Assembly (NCBI RefSeq): GCF_006345805.1
Contig: NC_043000.1
Coordinates: 65,472,001 to 65,536,000 of the forward strand
Direction: 5' to 3'
Source: Octopus sinensis
Taxonomy: Eukaryota
Length of the DNA stretch: 64,000 nucleotides
Shown here: in pieces, positions 39,200-52,221 of the stretch
Layout: the number at the start of each line of letters is the position of its first letter
Position numbering within the stretch: position 1 is the first letter of the stretch
The notes under the pieces: generated by a model
The model's input: only the letters and a program-made list of their open reading frames with translations
What the model was told of the DNA's origin: nothing
Database searches by the model: none
Made by a program: the position numbers and the translations under genes

Positions 39200-40085
39200 G
39201 CTCTGAATTGTCGAAAATATCCATAGTAAAAGATAATCACAAAATCAGATGTTCCATTGTAGTAGATGACAATGCCCATGATATTCCTTGTTTCAGACAT
39301 TGTTGGCTATGTTGGGATAACTCCCTCTTTCTCAAGTTTTTCTTGTTTTTCTGTTATGTCATATAGAACCGCATCCATAATTTCTTCACCAGTTAAGGCT
39401 TGATAACTAAGATCATCTGCTTTAATTTCAAGGCATTCCTGGACATCATCTTCAGTTGTTTCCCAGTAGCCAGCATTTAAAACAGTGCGCTAAAAATCAT
39501 TTACTTCAAACATTCCAAAATCCAGACCATTTTCAGCAGCTTCCTCCGAACATTTGACAAAGTCGTAATCTTCAACTCCTCCCAACAAAGTTAAAAGAGA
39601 GCAGACTTGATGTTGTAGGTTCGTAGATTCTGAAGTGTTCACTCTCTCCCTTGTATCTTCTTCTGTATGTTATTCATCTTACATCATAACCATTACTCCT
39701 TCAATAAAATTCTCATACAGCTTCTTGCAGGCAACTATTCCTTGGTTCATTGGCTGAATAACTGAAGTTTTAAAGGACATTTAATTCTACTATCTATAAT
39801 TACAAACTTCACAACGTTAGGATAAGCGTGAACCGTTGTCAGGTAACAAATAATGTCTTTACATTGTGAAGAGAAACCTTCTGAGCATCTGTTTGGAAAC
39901 ACCTGATATCGGGGACAAAATGGTTGAAAAAAGTCACTGAACTTAATCTTGCATTATAGGAGTTGGTGCATATTTCAGGCAAATGATTAATGATATCTTT
40001 AAGATTTGTGGATTCTTTCGATTTCTCTACCATTCAGGTGACGCAAAAGGAACAGCTCGATAGGACAAACCAGTTTTATCGGCAT
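39200..40085 (-). mobile_element. Tigger/pogo (DDE_1, Jerky-like) transposase remnant
   Basis: FFNHFVPDIR; TSVIQPMNQGIV; TTEDDVQECLEIKADDLSYQALTGEEIMDAV. Confidence 0.85.
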
Positions 40086-40385
40086 TGTAAACCTATGATA
40101 AAATAAGGCCCTCATATCTGATAAGTTCATTTAATAAATTTTCTAACATTGTTGTTGCCGAATTATCTTTTGTGTTGTGTTATTTTTTAAATATTTTCGC
40201 GGACAACACAAAAACGGACAACAACAACCACACAAAATTATTCAATAATACAAAAAAAAACCAACAAAAAACAAAACAAAATTCAATAGCAACACGGGAA
40301 CAATCCAGCAACAATATCCCGAATGGAGGAAACAAAAAGAAGAAACATACTAGTCACTAAGTGAAAGCAGCGACATTTTAATCTA

Positions 40386-40897
40386 CAGGGTGGGTGGAAA
40401 GTAACTTGGCATTAGAAATTGCTTATAGAATTTTTAGACAACACTAACAAGGATTTTTTAATTTTCTTATTGTCTTATATCTTGTTTTCCAGTTGGCCGG
40501 TCGCTTGACTGTTCAGGAGCAAGCTAAGATAGCAACATTATGAGGTGTGAAATTCCATTGTTTTGGTTTAGAGATAGTGGCGTGCATGAAAAGGTAAGCA
40601 TGCAATACTACGTCCGGAGACAATAAAAAGTTGTCATGCAAAGCAGATGACATGGAGGTACGGATTCTGGAGGTTCTCGATGATATCCCAGACGACGTCC
40701 TTCAGAAGGTTGTTCATTCCACCTCTCGCCGTTTGAGGAAAATGGTTGACGCCACCGATGCTTACGTTGAAATATGAAGATTTGTTTTCATTTTCCCGTG
40801 TAATAAAGAACATGTATAATTTGTTTCAATAAATTTGTGAAAAGAATATGGATTCTATTATCAATTTTTAACGCCTACTTACTTTTCACCCACTCCG
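40386..40897 (+). mobile_element. Internally deleted Tc1/mariner element with TIRs and TA TSD
   Basis: TA|CAGGGTGGGTGGAAAGTAAC ... CTTACTTTTCACCCACTCCG|TA; N-terminal QEQAKIA and C-terminal RILEVLDDIPDDVLQKVVHSTSRRLRKMVDA remnants. Confidence 0.85.
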
Positions 40898-41035
40898 TAG
40901 TAAAGCTATAATATTAACTAAGATCTCCCTCTTTCAATCCGTAATTCTCTGATACTTTCTGTGCAGCCCACTTTTTCCCAGTCTATCTGTCTGTCTCTCT
41001 CTCTATCTCCCTCTGTGTTTTGTGTGTGTATATAT

Positions 41036-41070
<35 letters not shown>

Positions 41071-41082
41071 TATTATATATAT

Positions 41083-41113
<31 letters not shown>

Positions 41114-41414
41114 GTATGTATGTGTGTATGTATGTATGTATGTATGTATGTATGTATGTATGTATGTATGTATCCTTCTATCTCCCTCTCTCTTTCTTTC
41201 TCGCTGTTATATACGTTCTCACTCACTCATACACATCCTTTCTCCATTTCATCTGAGACATTCTTTAAACTGTTTACCAACTGCTTCAATAGCATTACTC
41301 GTTTTCTCTATTTATCTTTGCTATTACTTTCTCTTGGTTCAATTTTACGCTTTGTTCTCTTCTCCACCGCCCATATTGATCAACAGAAGAAACAGTTTTC
41401 TTTCTCTCTTTCCT

Positions 41415-41454
<40 letters not shown>

Positions 41455-41498
41455 TGTATGTATGAATGTATGTATGTATATGTATATATATATGTATG

Positions 41499-41530
<32 letters not shown>

Positions 41531-41984
41531 TGTATGTATGTATGTATGTATGCATGCATGCATGCATGTATGTATGCATGCATGTATGTATGTATGTATG
41601 TATGTATGTATGTATGTATGTATGTATGTACGTATAGACATTTATGCATCTACATTCACACTCATATACATACAAATAACACGAAAAATGCTGCATTCTC
41701 ACGATGGTAAATGAATGAAAGAAACTAATATTTGTTCCCTTTGGACTTATTTATTCTTCATCGTAAAGAAGAAAAAAACAAAAGGGTGGGAACTGGGGAT
41801 AAAAAAAAAATAAGAAAGAGGCATGTCAATCCTCGTGCGTTTGCGAGAATGACAAATATTTGAGTAAAGTAGAAATGAGAAGAGGAAGTCAGTGGTATTC
41901 AATGTAATAATAAAAATAATTGAAAAATAAAATATAATTGCATGATTTATGAAAATAAAAGAACTAATATTTGTATATATATAT

Positions 41985-42019
<35 letters not shown>

Positions 42020-42407
42020 CCAACATGACTCATATCTCTTTCTCACATGGATAACAATATGAATCTCCTGAAGAGTACATTGATATATTTAATTAATTTA
42101 ACTAATTTGATTTAATTTAATTCAATCAAGAATTTGCATTATTATTTTTATATCTCTGTACGAAACGATCGTTTGCAAGAATTTAACTTATTATTTTAAC
42201 AGCTTGTCTCTCCTATTTTAAAATAAATTGATGAGTTTAATAGGACTTCTTTCCATAAATTCCTCATACATTATATACATGTATTACTTTCATATCTTCG
42301 CAAATTTATGCCTGTAAACTACCAGAAAAGTATGAAGAATCAACATTAGAAATCTCTTTTGGAAACCTCCAAAATTAAAGGACGAATCTACACTCAACCT
42401 TTTTACA

Positions 42408-42519
<112 letters not shown>

Positions 42520-42617
42520 GTGTATGTATATATATATATACATATATGTATGTATGTATGTATGTATGTATATATATATATATAATATATATATATATAT
42601 GTGACAATTAGTTTGTG

Positions 42618-42688
42618 GTCATAATAAAACTCAGAGTTTCTGATACCGAGGCCGAAGACTGCTCCGGCATCTCATCAGTTATTAAAAC
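42618..42688 (-). ncRNA. Type I hammerhead ribozyme (family 2), sense to the Penelope ORF
   Basis: GUUUUAAUAA-CUGAUGA-GAUGCCGG/UCGGUAUC-A-GAAA-CUC-U-GAG-UU-UUAUUAUGAC; extra A before GAAA may impair it. Confidence 0.75.
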
Positions 42689-44121
42689 AAAATGCTATGA
42701 AAAAAGAAGTAGAATAAAGGGAAATTACTCCAATATGCATAGTGAAAAATAATACTTCATTCATACAATCCGTATATGCATACATGCACACACACATACA
42801 TGTACACACACATACATGTACACACACACATATACACATGTATGTATATATATCTATATACATACTCACACACGCGTGTATGTATACATACAAACACACA
42901 TATATACATATATATGTCTACGCATACACGCACATACACACGCATATATACCCATGCAAGCATCACTGCACTCATATATACATCTCTACACGCATACACA
43001 CATACATACGCGGATATGCAAAACGTAGTTTATACGCACATGCATATACATCCGCGAAAAACGTATATACAAACAAAAACACATACACGCAAACACGCAC
43101 GCATCATTATGTTCATATACACATACACATACACGCACATACACATACATACACATATATGCACATACACATACATACGCAGATATACAAAACGTAGTCT
43201 ATACGCACATGCACATACATGCGCGGATAGACGTATATACAAATAAAAACACATACGCAAAAAACAAAAACCGTAAAAATATTCACATTCGCCGCAAAAA
43301 CTTGAAAATACAAATGTTTTATATATGTATATACACAAATACACCCTCCTGTCTGTCGAACACATCTACACCTGCAGATATATAAACGTATATACATACG
43401 TATATCTATAAAGGAAGGAGACAAGTACAACATGTAGAGTCTTGCACTCGTATGTATACAATCATTCGTACACATGTATATATGCACGCACATATATATT
43501 AGATATATATATACTACATGCGTATAATTTACACAATTATAAAGGGTGAAAAATAATATACAGAAAAATATATAAAGTAATAAAAATATATAAATATATA
43601 AGTGATGTTAAGACATATGAAAGGCTCGTATGTGGACATAATACAAAAGCAGGTTCTATCTGTGATCTTATGGAGAGCGGTGTCCAAAAACGTAGCAAAT
43701 GTTTTTCCATATGTGGACAAGACCCCAAAAGTTTAGTACTTGAATTTAGACGTGTAGCGGAGTCTAAAGAACTTTTGCAGATAAGCCATCTTTTCACATC
43801 GCAAAGACCACACTTTCCACTGCCGTTGGTGTAAGGCTTACACTTGGCCAAGATCTTCCAGTGGATCTTATAGTTGACACCTTTTTCTTTTAAGGACCAT
43901 ATATAACTGAATAATTTGGTTGTTTTCCTTTTTTCCCATTGTCTGAAGCTTAAGGTGTGATAGTTGAACCTGGCTTTAAAATTTCCCTCTGTGAAACTTA
44001 CATATTTCTTTGCTGAAACTATGTCCTTAGTGGTTGCAGAGTCTACGGTTGTAGAGTCTACGGTATGTATATATACACGCGTGTGTGAGTATATATATAT
44101 ATATTATATACATGCGTGTGT

Positions 44122-44152
<31 letters not shown>

Positions 44153-44273
44153 CCTAGATGTATGCGTATGTGTATGTGTGCATATACGGATTCTATGAAT
44201 GAAGTATTACTTTTCACCATGCATATTGGAGTAATTTCCCTTTATTCAACGCTTTGTTTTTTTATAGCGTTTT

Positions 44274-44344
44274 GTCTTAATAACTGATGAGATGCCGGAG
44301 CAGACTTCAGCCCCGGTATCCGAAACTCTGAGTTTTATTATGAC
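44274..44344 (+). ncRNA. Type I hammerhead ribozyme (family 2), inverted copy
   Basis: Stem I GUC-U-UAAUAA/UUAUUA-U-GAC; CUGAUGA 44284-90; 8-bp stem II; C-GAAA 44321-25; near-palindromic helix III AAACUC-U-GAGUUU; GUU triplet 44332-34. Confidence 0.85.
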
Positions 44345-44456
44345 CACCAACTAATTGTCACATATTATATTTAGAGATAAATTCCTCTATTTTACATAAT
44401 ACCGAGGTCTCATTCATTCTTTTGTTGTCATATTATAATTATTAATGTATATAAAT

Positions 44457-45490
44457 ATATATACAAATATTCTAATCATAAACATAATTATAATTAGGGG
44501 TCAGCTAATTGCTTCACCATATACCGAATTTAGAAATAGGAGTTAAAAATTCCTTTTCTACTACCGTAAGAATCTCCCAGACAGTAACATAATTTTTGAC
44601 GGGAAGTAAATAAATTAAATACTTTAATCTCGAAACGCGTCTGTGGCTAATCGAAGTCGTGTTGATTCATTATTTTTCTTTTTGCCTACGTAAAAAAGTG
44701 TGTTATTGCCTGGGAGATTCTTACGGTAGTAGAAAAGTTATTTTTAACTCCTATTTCTAAATTCGGTATGTGGTGAAGCAATTACCTGACCCCCTAATTA
44801 TAATTATGTTTAGAATTATAGAATATTTGTATAATTTTACCTATAAACGTTATTTTAACGTACCGATCTACTTGATAAAATTATTAATTAATTGATTGAT
44901 TAATTAATTAATTTGATTAATTATTTTTACCCTTTTATTATTAATTTTAAATTATAATTTACTCCCTGATTGAATACCACTGTTTTCTGCGGTACTGCTC
45001 GTAACACACATGTAGGTACAAGGGATAAATATATATTCACATTCGGCTGTGTAAATTTTGGTGTAATGTTGGTTGGATATCTGCTGCACGATATCGCTCG
45101 ATCGTGTGCGTATTTAGCCCTAGCACTTTCAAATTTTATAATGGAAATGCTACACTGATGACGGGATATAAATTAAATACTTTAATTTCGAAACGCGTCT
45201 GTGGCTAATCGAAGTCTTGTTGATTCATTATTTTTCTTTTTGCCTACGTAAAAAAGTGTGTTACTGTCTGGGAGATTCTTACGGTAGTAGAAAAGGAATT
45301 TTTAACTCCTATTTCTAAATTCAGTATGTGGTAAAGCAATTAGCTGACTCCTGATTATAATTATGTTTATAAATATAGGATATTTGTATAATTTTATCTA
45401 TAGAGGTTATTTTAATGTACCGATCTATTTGGTAAAATTATTAATTAATTGATTGATCAATTAATTTTACCCTTTTATTATCAATTATAA
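44457..45490 (+). mobile_element. Non-coding Penelope-type/retrozyme-like unit: inverted arm plus two tandem pseudo-LTRs
   Basis: 44457-44596 is inverted relative to 44697-44833; 44615-44950 is directly repeated at about 45170-45490 (period 558). Confidence 0.8.
45149..45205 (+). ncRNA. Type I hammerhead ribozyme (family 3)
   Basis: Stem I GCUACA/UGUGGC; CUGAUGA 45155-61; AAAUUAAA/UUUAAUUU hairpin closed by C-GAAA 45189-93; palindromic ACGCGU helix III; GUC triplet 45197-99. Confidence 0.75.
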
Positions 45491-45580
45491 ATATATATAG
45501 ATATAATATATATATAGCTAAATATACATATATAGATATATATATGTATATTTATACATGTATGTATATATATTATATAT

Positions 45581-45688
<108 letters not shown>

Positions 45689-45934
45689 TTCTATGTATGA
45701 ATGTATGTATATATATTACGGTAAATGACAAATGATAAATAAAATACATAACACAACAGATATAATACACACACTACCTATGCGTATATTATGTGTGTGT
45801 GTGGGTATCATCTTAATCAAAGATTATATTTTATTAAATAAAAAATCTAAATTGGTCTCAAAGTGCCGAAACTAAGATCTGTATGTCTTCAAACAACTCT
45901 AACTGCAGATAGGTGAAACACATCAGACCAATCA

Positions 45935-46006
<72 letters not shown>

Positions 46007-46369
46007 CTATCTGTCTGTCTATCAATTAATCTATCTATCTAATTTATATATATATGCGTATACATTTACGCGCGCGCACACACACACATTTATTGATCAT
46101 TGAATGACAAAAGACCAGGAGTTACGCAATCACCTTGATTAGCTTATAACTGTTTCCATTATAAGAAGGAGTGCAATCAGAACTAAAAAAGAAACATTTT
46201 GCGAAAAACATTTTGTATTAAAATTGTCGAAAAATCTTCTCATAAAACCTTTTACAAAACATTTCTAATACCATCATAATAATACTTATATTCAGCAATA
46301 AATCTCTCTCTCTCTCTCTTTTATAAAATTCCTATTCTTTTCTTTTTTTTATTATTACGTATCTTACAA

Positions 46370-46570
46370 AGGCGACGAGCTAGCAGAAGCGTTAGCACGC
46401 CTAGCAAAAATGCTTAGCGGCATTCGTCCGCCTTTACGTTCTGGGGTCGACTTTGCCTTTTATCCTTCTGGAGGGGGTCAATAAAATAAGTACCAGTTGA
46501 ACACTGGGGTTGATACAATCGACTTTCTCCCTCCCCATAAACTGCTGGTCTAGTGCTAAAATTTGAAACC
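46370..46570 (+). mobile_element. SINE family B, deleted
   Basis: AGGCGACGAGCTAGCAGAAGCGTTAGCACGCC...GGGGTCGACTTTGCC. Confidence 0.75.
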
Positions 46571-47129
46571 ATTATTGCGTATTTTACAAAGACAGCGGGT
46601 TAGCAGTGTTGGATAAAATTTCTATGTTAACTAAAGACACATGAGTTTCACAAAGTATATCATGTATGTTTTTAAATATTTATACTCTTCCTCTGAAGAA
46701 AGAGCTGGTTTCTAACAAAGACACAAAGTTCCATCGCTGGATAACGAAAACAATGTCGCATTTTAAACTTGAGAAAAAGTCTTGCATATTTTTATTGTTC
46801 TATTATAGATTGTATTTGTAATGTGCAGTTTTCTGAAAATCCAGGCTTATCTAGACAGGCATTTACTCACAGAACCAAGTGCTCCAATTATCATTGGCAT
46901 AAATATAAATTTGTAATCCGGATATAGAAACTGGAAGCTTCGAATAGTTGTCCATAGTTATCCTCATCCACTTTGACTTTCAAATATATACTCGTATCAA
47001 CAGGACAGCTGTTCTCTATGGCTGTACAGACTTTTTCTTGTCTATCTCAAACAACAATATCCGGCCAATTATGATTACACTTGACAGATGTTTTGGTGTA
47101 TGTATGTATGTATACACGATATATATATA

Positions 47130-47186
<57 letters not shown>

Positions 47187-47313
47187 TTGCAATTAAGGAC
47201 AACTACTTAATAAGGAAAACTTAACAAGAAATTGTCAGGTAGATAGCGTAAAAACCTCATAAGAGAAAAAATTTCGAAAATAATTATTTCTTATTGAACA
47301 TATTAATTTATAT

Positions 47314-47365
<52 letters not shown>

Positions 47366-47518
47366 TGTGTATATATATAGTACAGGTGTATCCAGCTCTC
47401 TCCATAGTGTCAGGAAATGACGGGCCAAGACACTTTTGATGCAAGTTCTTCCTCTGAGGATTTCTGTTGTTCGTTTGTCCCATCGTGAGTTTCCGCTCAC
47501 CATACATACATACATACA

Positions 47519-47550
<32 letters not shown>

Positions 47551-47554
47551 CATA

Positions 47555-47774
47555 CAGGAAGTGATGGTGAAAAGTTTCTGGTTTTAGGTAAATGAAAATA
47601 CAAGAGGATCAGTTAATTATGATTTTATTAATAATATTCCCCTCTCAAATTCACACACTCATTGCAGCGGTCCTTCAGATTTTTCTAAGTCCTGTAAAAG
47701 AAGTAGGAAGGTTGGACTTCCAATCAGGCCTTTTGTGATACCCTTAAAGCGAGGAACTCTTCAGGACCCCCTCG
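47555..47774 (-). mobile_element. Mariner-derived MITE
   Basis: Diverged TIRs (CAGGAAGTGATGGTGAAAAGTTTCTGG / reverse-complement CGAGGGGGTCCTGAAGAGTTCC) between microsatellites; transposase C-terminal [11 protein letters not shown]-like remnant. Confidence 0.6.
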
Positions 47775-47775
47775 A

Positions 47776-47916
<141 letters not shown>

Positions 47917-47938
47917 TGGAGCATTGTTGTACCACTAT

Positions 47939-47976
<38 letters not shown>

Positions 47977-48029
47977 ATTCTCTTGTCGTGAACAACAAAT
48001 GAGAGTTCAGTAACATAAAGCGTTAACCA

Positions 48030-49965
48030 TGTTCTATGGACACGAATGTATCTCTTGAGGCTTGCGGGTGCCTTGCAAGCCTTTTGGCTTATGGAACAAG
48101 TTGAGGCTTTAGTTTGCTTGAGTGCTTGGGGATCATTTACTAGGTGTTTTTCTTGAGTGGACGGCTAGACCTGCTTTACTTCATGCCACAAAACCACAAT
48201 GACAGGTTAGGTTTCCATTTAGAGGAGTAGTGTTTTGTCAGTGTGCCTTCATGCTTGCACTAAGTTGGTCCTGGTGTTGGAGTCAACTTTGCTCAAATTT
48301 TTCAACTGAGGAGAAGCAGGACTGGAACCAGGTCCTGCATTCTGATGTTTTGTTTTCCCGGGAAGAAAAGGGAATGTTGCATCGATTCTGATTGTCTTTT
48401 AGTTTGTCTTTGAAGCGCAAGGGTGGCCTTCCAACTGACATTCCTGTTGGGAATTGACCAAAGAGAAGTTACTTCGGAATTCTGATATCACTCATACGTG
48501 AGAGATGATCTGGCCATCTAAGCTGTATTTTGATGAGGATGGCTTCAATACCTGATATGTTGCGATTTATTAGTACCTCATTGTTATGAATATGATCATT
48601 CGGTTTTATGTTGGAGATAGTATGCAAGCATCGCATATGAAAAGCGTCAAACTGGTTGATGTGCTTTCGGTACAAAGCAATGTTGTCAAGACCACCGATT
48701 TATACACATTAACTTTCACCTTCAACGATTCGTCGTGGCTGTTCCATAGACTGTGACAAAGCTTACCGAACGCGGAGCTAGCCTTCTCGATTCTGGACTC
48801 AATTTCTTTATCCATATTCGCATCATCAGACACAATGGAACCAAGATAAGCGAAGCCGAAAACAGTTTTTAATGGTTTCTCATCAACATATACAGTTGGG
48901 GAAACAGCGGGAAGTTGGTCACGAATGAGCCGATGGACAAGCTCAGTTTTCTTTATGCTGATGGTCAGACCAAAAGCCTTCAATGCACACGATAAGTTGT
49001 TTAGAATCCATTGCATGTCCTCAAGAATGCGTGTTACAAGTGCACAATCGTCCGCGAAGAGCAAATCACGAACTGTTTGCACCAAAGTTGTAGTTTTTGC
49101 TTTGAAGTGCTTTTGATTGAACAAGCCACCACCAGTAACATAAAGCGTTAATCATAACACTTTATGTTACTGTACTCCTTCTTTAACACCCTCGAACGTT
49201 GTTTCCACCATGACGGAGAAATACAAAGCAAATAAGAGTGGTGCAAGAACACAGCTTTGTTTTATTTCATTTGAGACTGAGACCGAATCGGACACCTCCC
49301 CGCTAGATCTGACAGAAGCCATCATCCCTTGATGCAAAGAAATTATGACATTGGGCATTTTTTCTGGAACACCCAGCTTTCTAAAGACAACCAAAGAACA
49401 TCGCTATATACGGTATCGAAAACTTTAGTTAGATCTACAAAAGTGACAAAAAGGTCTCGGTTGTGCTCACTAGCCTTTTCCTGTAGCTGTCTTTGGATAA
49501 AAATTATATCCACTGTGCCTCTGCCAACCCGAAATCCACACAGATTCAGGCAACACTAAGCTGGAATGGGCATCATTTAGTCTATTTAAGATAACTCTTT
49601 CAAGGTTCTTCTCAGCAACACACAAAAAGGAGATAGCTCTATGGTTATCACATTTATATTTGTTACCTTTGTGCTTATAAAGATAGATAACAGAAGTGTC
49701 TTTAAACTCCTGTGGGACTGATCCTGGTTCCTAGATTAAGGAGAAGAGTTAACATAAATTGTTCAGCAGGAGACTGCTACCATGTTTATATATCTTGGTT
49801 GATATGCTATCGTTCCCAGACAACTTTCCATTCGTGAGCTGTTTTGTGGCTTTTTTTTATTTTAGCATTTGATGGAGCAACTAACAGTTATTCAAGGACA
49901 GGCCTTTGTGGTAGGTTGATGATCAGTTCTTCATTAACAATTAAGTCCATATTCAGAACATTTGA
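48030..49965 (-). mobile_element. RTE (BovB-like) LINE RT and C-terminal zinc fingers
   Basis: FVDLTKVFD; GVPEK; KQSCVLAPLLF; VRDLLFADDCAL; AFGLTISIKKTE; FAYLGS; C-terminal CHCGFVA and C..QKACK...H fingers. Confidence 0.93.
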
Positions 49966-49974
49966 AAAGTGCCC

Positions 49975-50460
49975 TGCCTAGCGCTTCGTGATCTCCTTTT
50001 TATCTGCCAGAAGATTACCCTCAGTTGCTATTCAGAATGACCTGGCGAAGCAACTTGAATTTCGGCCTATTGGCATTAGTGAAAGACTTATGTCATTGCA
50101 CATCTGCATTGTCAAAAGTAAATATGCAATTATTTTCAGCTGCTATGCACTAACCATGAACTCAAATGAAGTAGTCAAAGAGCAGTTCTACTCTGAGCTA
50201 CGTAACCAGTTGAGAGGTGTCTCCATCCATGATAAACTTTTCCTCCTTAGTAATTTCAATGCACGTGTAGATTGTGATACTTGTATATGAGGTGACATAA
50301 TAGGGACGCATGAGGTTGGTAAGGCAAACTCAAACGGCCATCTGCTGCTATCGCAGTGAGTATGGCGTTTGATTACCAATACTATTTTCCATCTCCCCAG
50401 CCACCACAAAACTACCTGGAAGCATCCCCGCTCAAACCATTATCACCTCATTGATTACAT
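49975..50460 (+). mobile_element. RTE APE endonuclease segment, inverted relative to its RT
   Basis: GISERLMSL...IFSCYALTMNSNEVVKEQFYSEL...SNFNARV; HKTTWKHPRSNHYHLIDYII. Confidence 0.9.
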
Positions 50461-50630
50461 AATCTCTCCGTTATTTTCGTTCTCTCTCCATTTTTTCCTC
50501 TTAACCCTTTCTGTCTAAGAGCGTAGGCTCGAAACGTCAAAGACTTTCCATTCTTCCCAAGCGTTAAACTAATAGACCTGCTGCTTGTTGTTCCCTCACC
50601 TGTCTTCGTCTTTTGTTTTCTAAAAATTTG
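50461..50630 (+). mobile_element. Penelope-type pseudo-LTR (family 1-like), ribozyme core mutated
   Basis: CTGTCTA-AGAGC-GTAG-GCTC-GAAACG: stem II perfect, CUGANGA damaged. Confidence 0.6.
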
Positions 50631-51109
50631 AACTATATATATATGTATGTATGTATTTATGTATGTATGTATGTATGTAACAAATGATAGAGGCAGAAAA
50701 TGGAACATACGAGAAACTTTATTGCTCACAGTGCACGTTTTGACCCGTCCTGCATCGATCGATCGCGGGTGGGATACTGTACAACTGATTGTGGTGCATC
50801 CTTCGGTACAGAGGTGTCTCGTCAGGTCATGTTATAAGGGGTATCGCGTTAAATAAACCCTGATTCGCTCGGTTTTAATACAGCATGTTGTTAGTGAGCG
50901 TTGGTTTAAGCCGTTTGGCAGGAATGACTAGGGACAGGATCAATTGTGATGTTGCAGACACTTGTCTACATTTCTTTAGTAGTAACTCAAAAGAAGAGGA
51001 AGGCGGCGAAGTCAAAGGTATTGATGGTGGTGTCGTTAGAAGTCTGAATGGTGTGTGTAAGACAGATGTGGTAGCGATGGTGGTGGCACTGTTGTTTATA
51101 TATACTAGT

Positions 51110-51168
<59 letters not shown>

Positions 51169-51354
51169 TGTTGTTTATATATACATATATATATATATAG
51201 GTGAACTCGCAGAAAACTGAAACTTGAAACCATTCAGCTTCGAAGTGAACTTCTAGACCTCACGATTTTATTCGAAACTTTTCACGTGCAAGCATACGAA
51301 AAAATTTTCCTTAAAAAAATAGATGTTTTCTTGTCTCATTATTTTGTATAATTA

Positions 51355-52160
51355 ATGAGGTGGCGAGCTGGCAGAATCGTTAGCATGCCGGGCGAAATGC
51401 TCAGTGCTATTTCGTTTGCTGCTACGGTCTGAGTTCAAATACCGCCGTGGGCGACTTTACTTTTCATTCTTTCGGGGTTGATAAATTAAGTACCAGTTGA
51501 GTACTGGCATCGATGTAATCGACTTGCTCCTTCCCCAAAATTTCAGGCTTTGTGCCTATAGTAGAAAGGATTAGTTTATATAATTAATAGGCACAGGCTA
51601 TTTTTACTGTAGAGGCACATGGCTAAACCAGCTATGAGCATTCCGAAAGTTTGTATTATCTCAGACTACATTGTGCTGTGTGGGGACCAGCATGTCAAAG
51701 AGTAGACCCAGCGTGTCGTAAAAGGTGATTAAAAGAGGCTGAAGAAGGATTTGCACCCCGACCTTGTAAAACCCTCATCAGCTATGGGTACAAACACTAA
51801 ACGGATTCATGGGTTGGAGGGTTGTTGCCTGAGTGGTGCAAAGGTGTCATCTGCCAGGAATAGGGAGTTACCAACAAACGATGGAAGCAGCGACGCGTTG
51901 TTACAGTACATGCTTCTATACTACAACTACTTATTTCTTTATTGCCCACAAGGGGCTAAACATAGAGGGGACAAACAAGGACAGACACAGGGATTAAGTC
52001 GATTACATCGACCCCAGTACGTAACTGGTACTTAATTTATCGACTCCGAAAGGATGAGAGGCAAAGTCGACCTTGGCGGAATTTGAACTCAGAACGTAGC
52101 GGCAGACGAAATACTGCTGAGCATTTCGCCTGGCATGCTAACGCTTCTGCCAGCTCGCCG
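51355..52160. mobile_element. Two SINE family B copies (+ 51355-51570; - 51925-52160)
   Basis: Consensus heads in convergent orientation. Confidence 0.8.
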
Positions 52161-52186
52161 CCTTATTACTACTACTACTACTACTA

Positions 52187-52221
<35 letters not shown>

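Larger units (their letters stand above)
42601..44361 (-). mobile_element. 5'-truncated Penelope-like element with inverted pseudo-LTRs
   Basis: GIY-YIG C-terminus 43537-44050 (KYVSFTEGNFKARFNYH...WSLKEKGVNYKIHW...KPYTNGSGKCGLC); 42601-42885 and 44068-44361 are ~290-bp inverted copies, each with a hammerhead fold. Confidence 0.88.
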
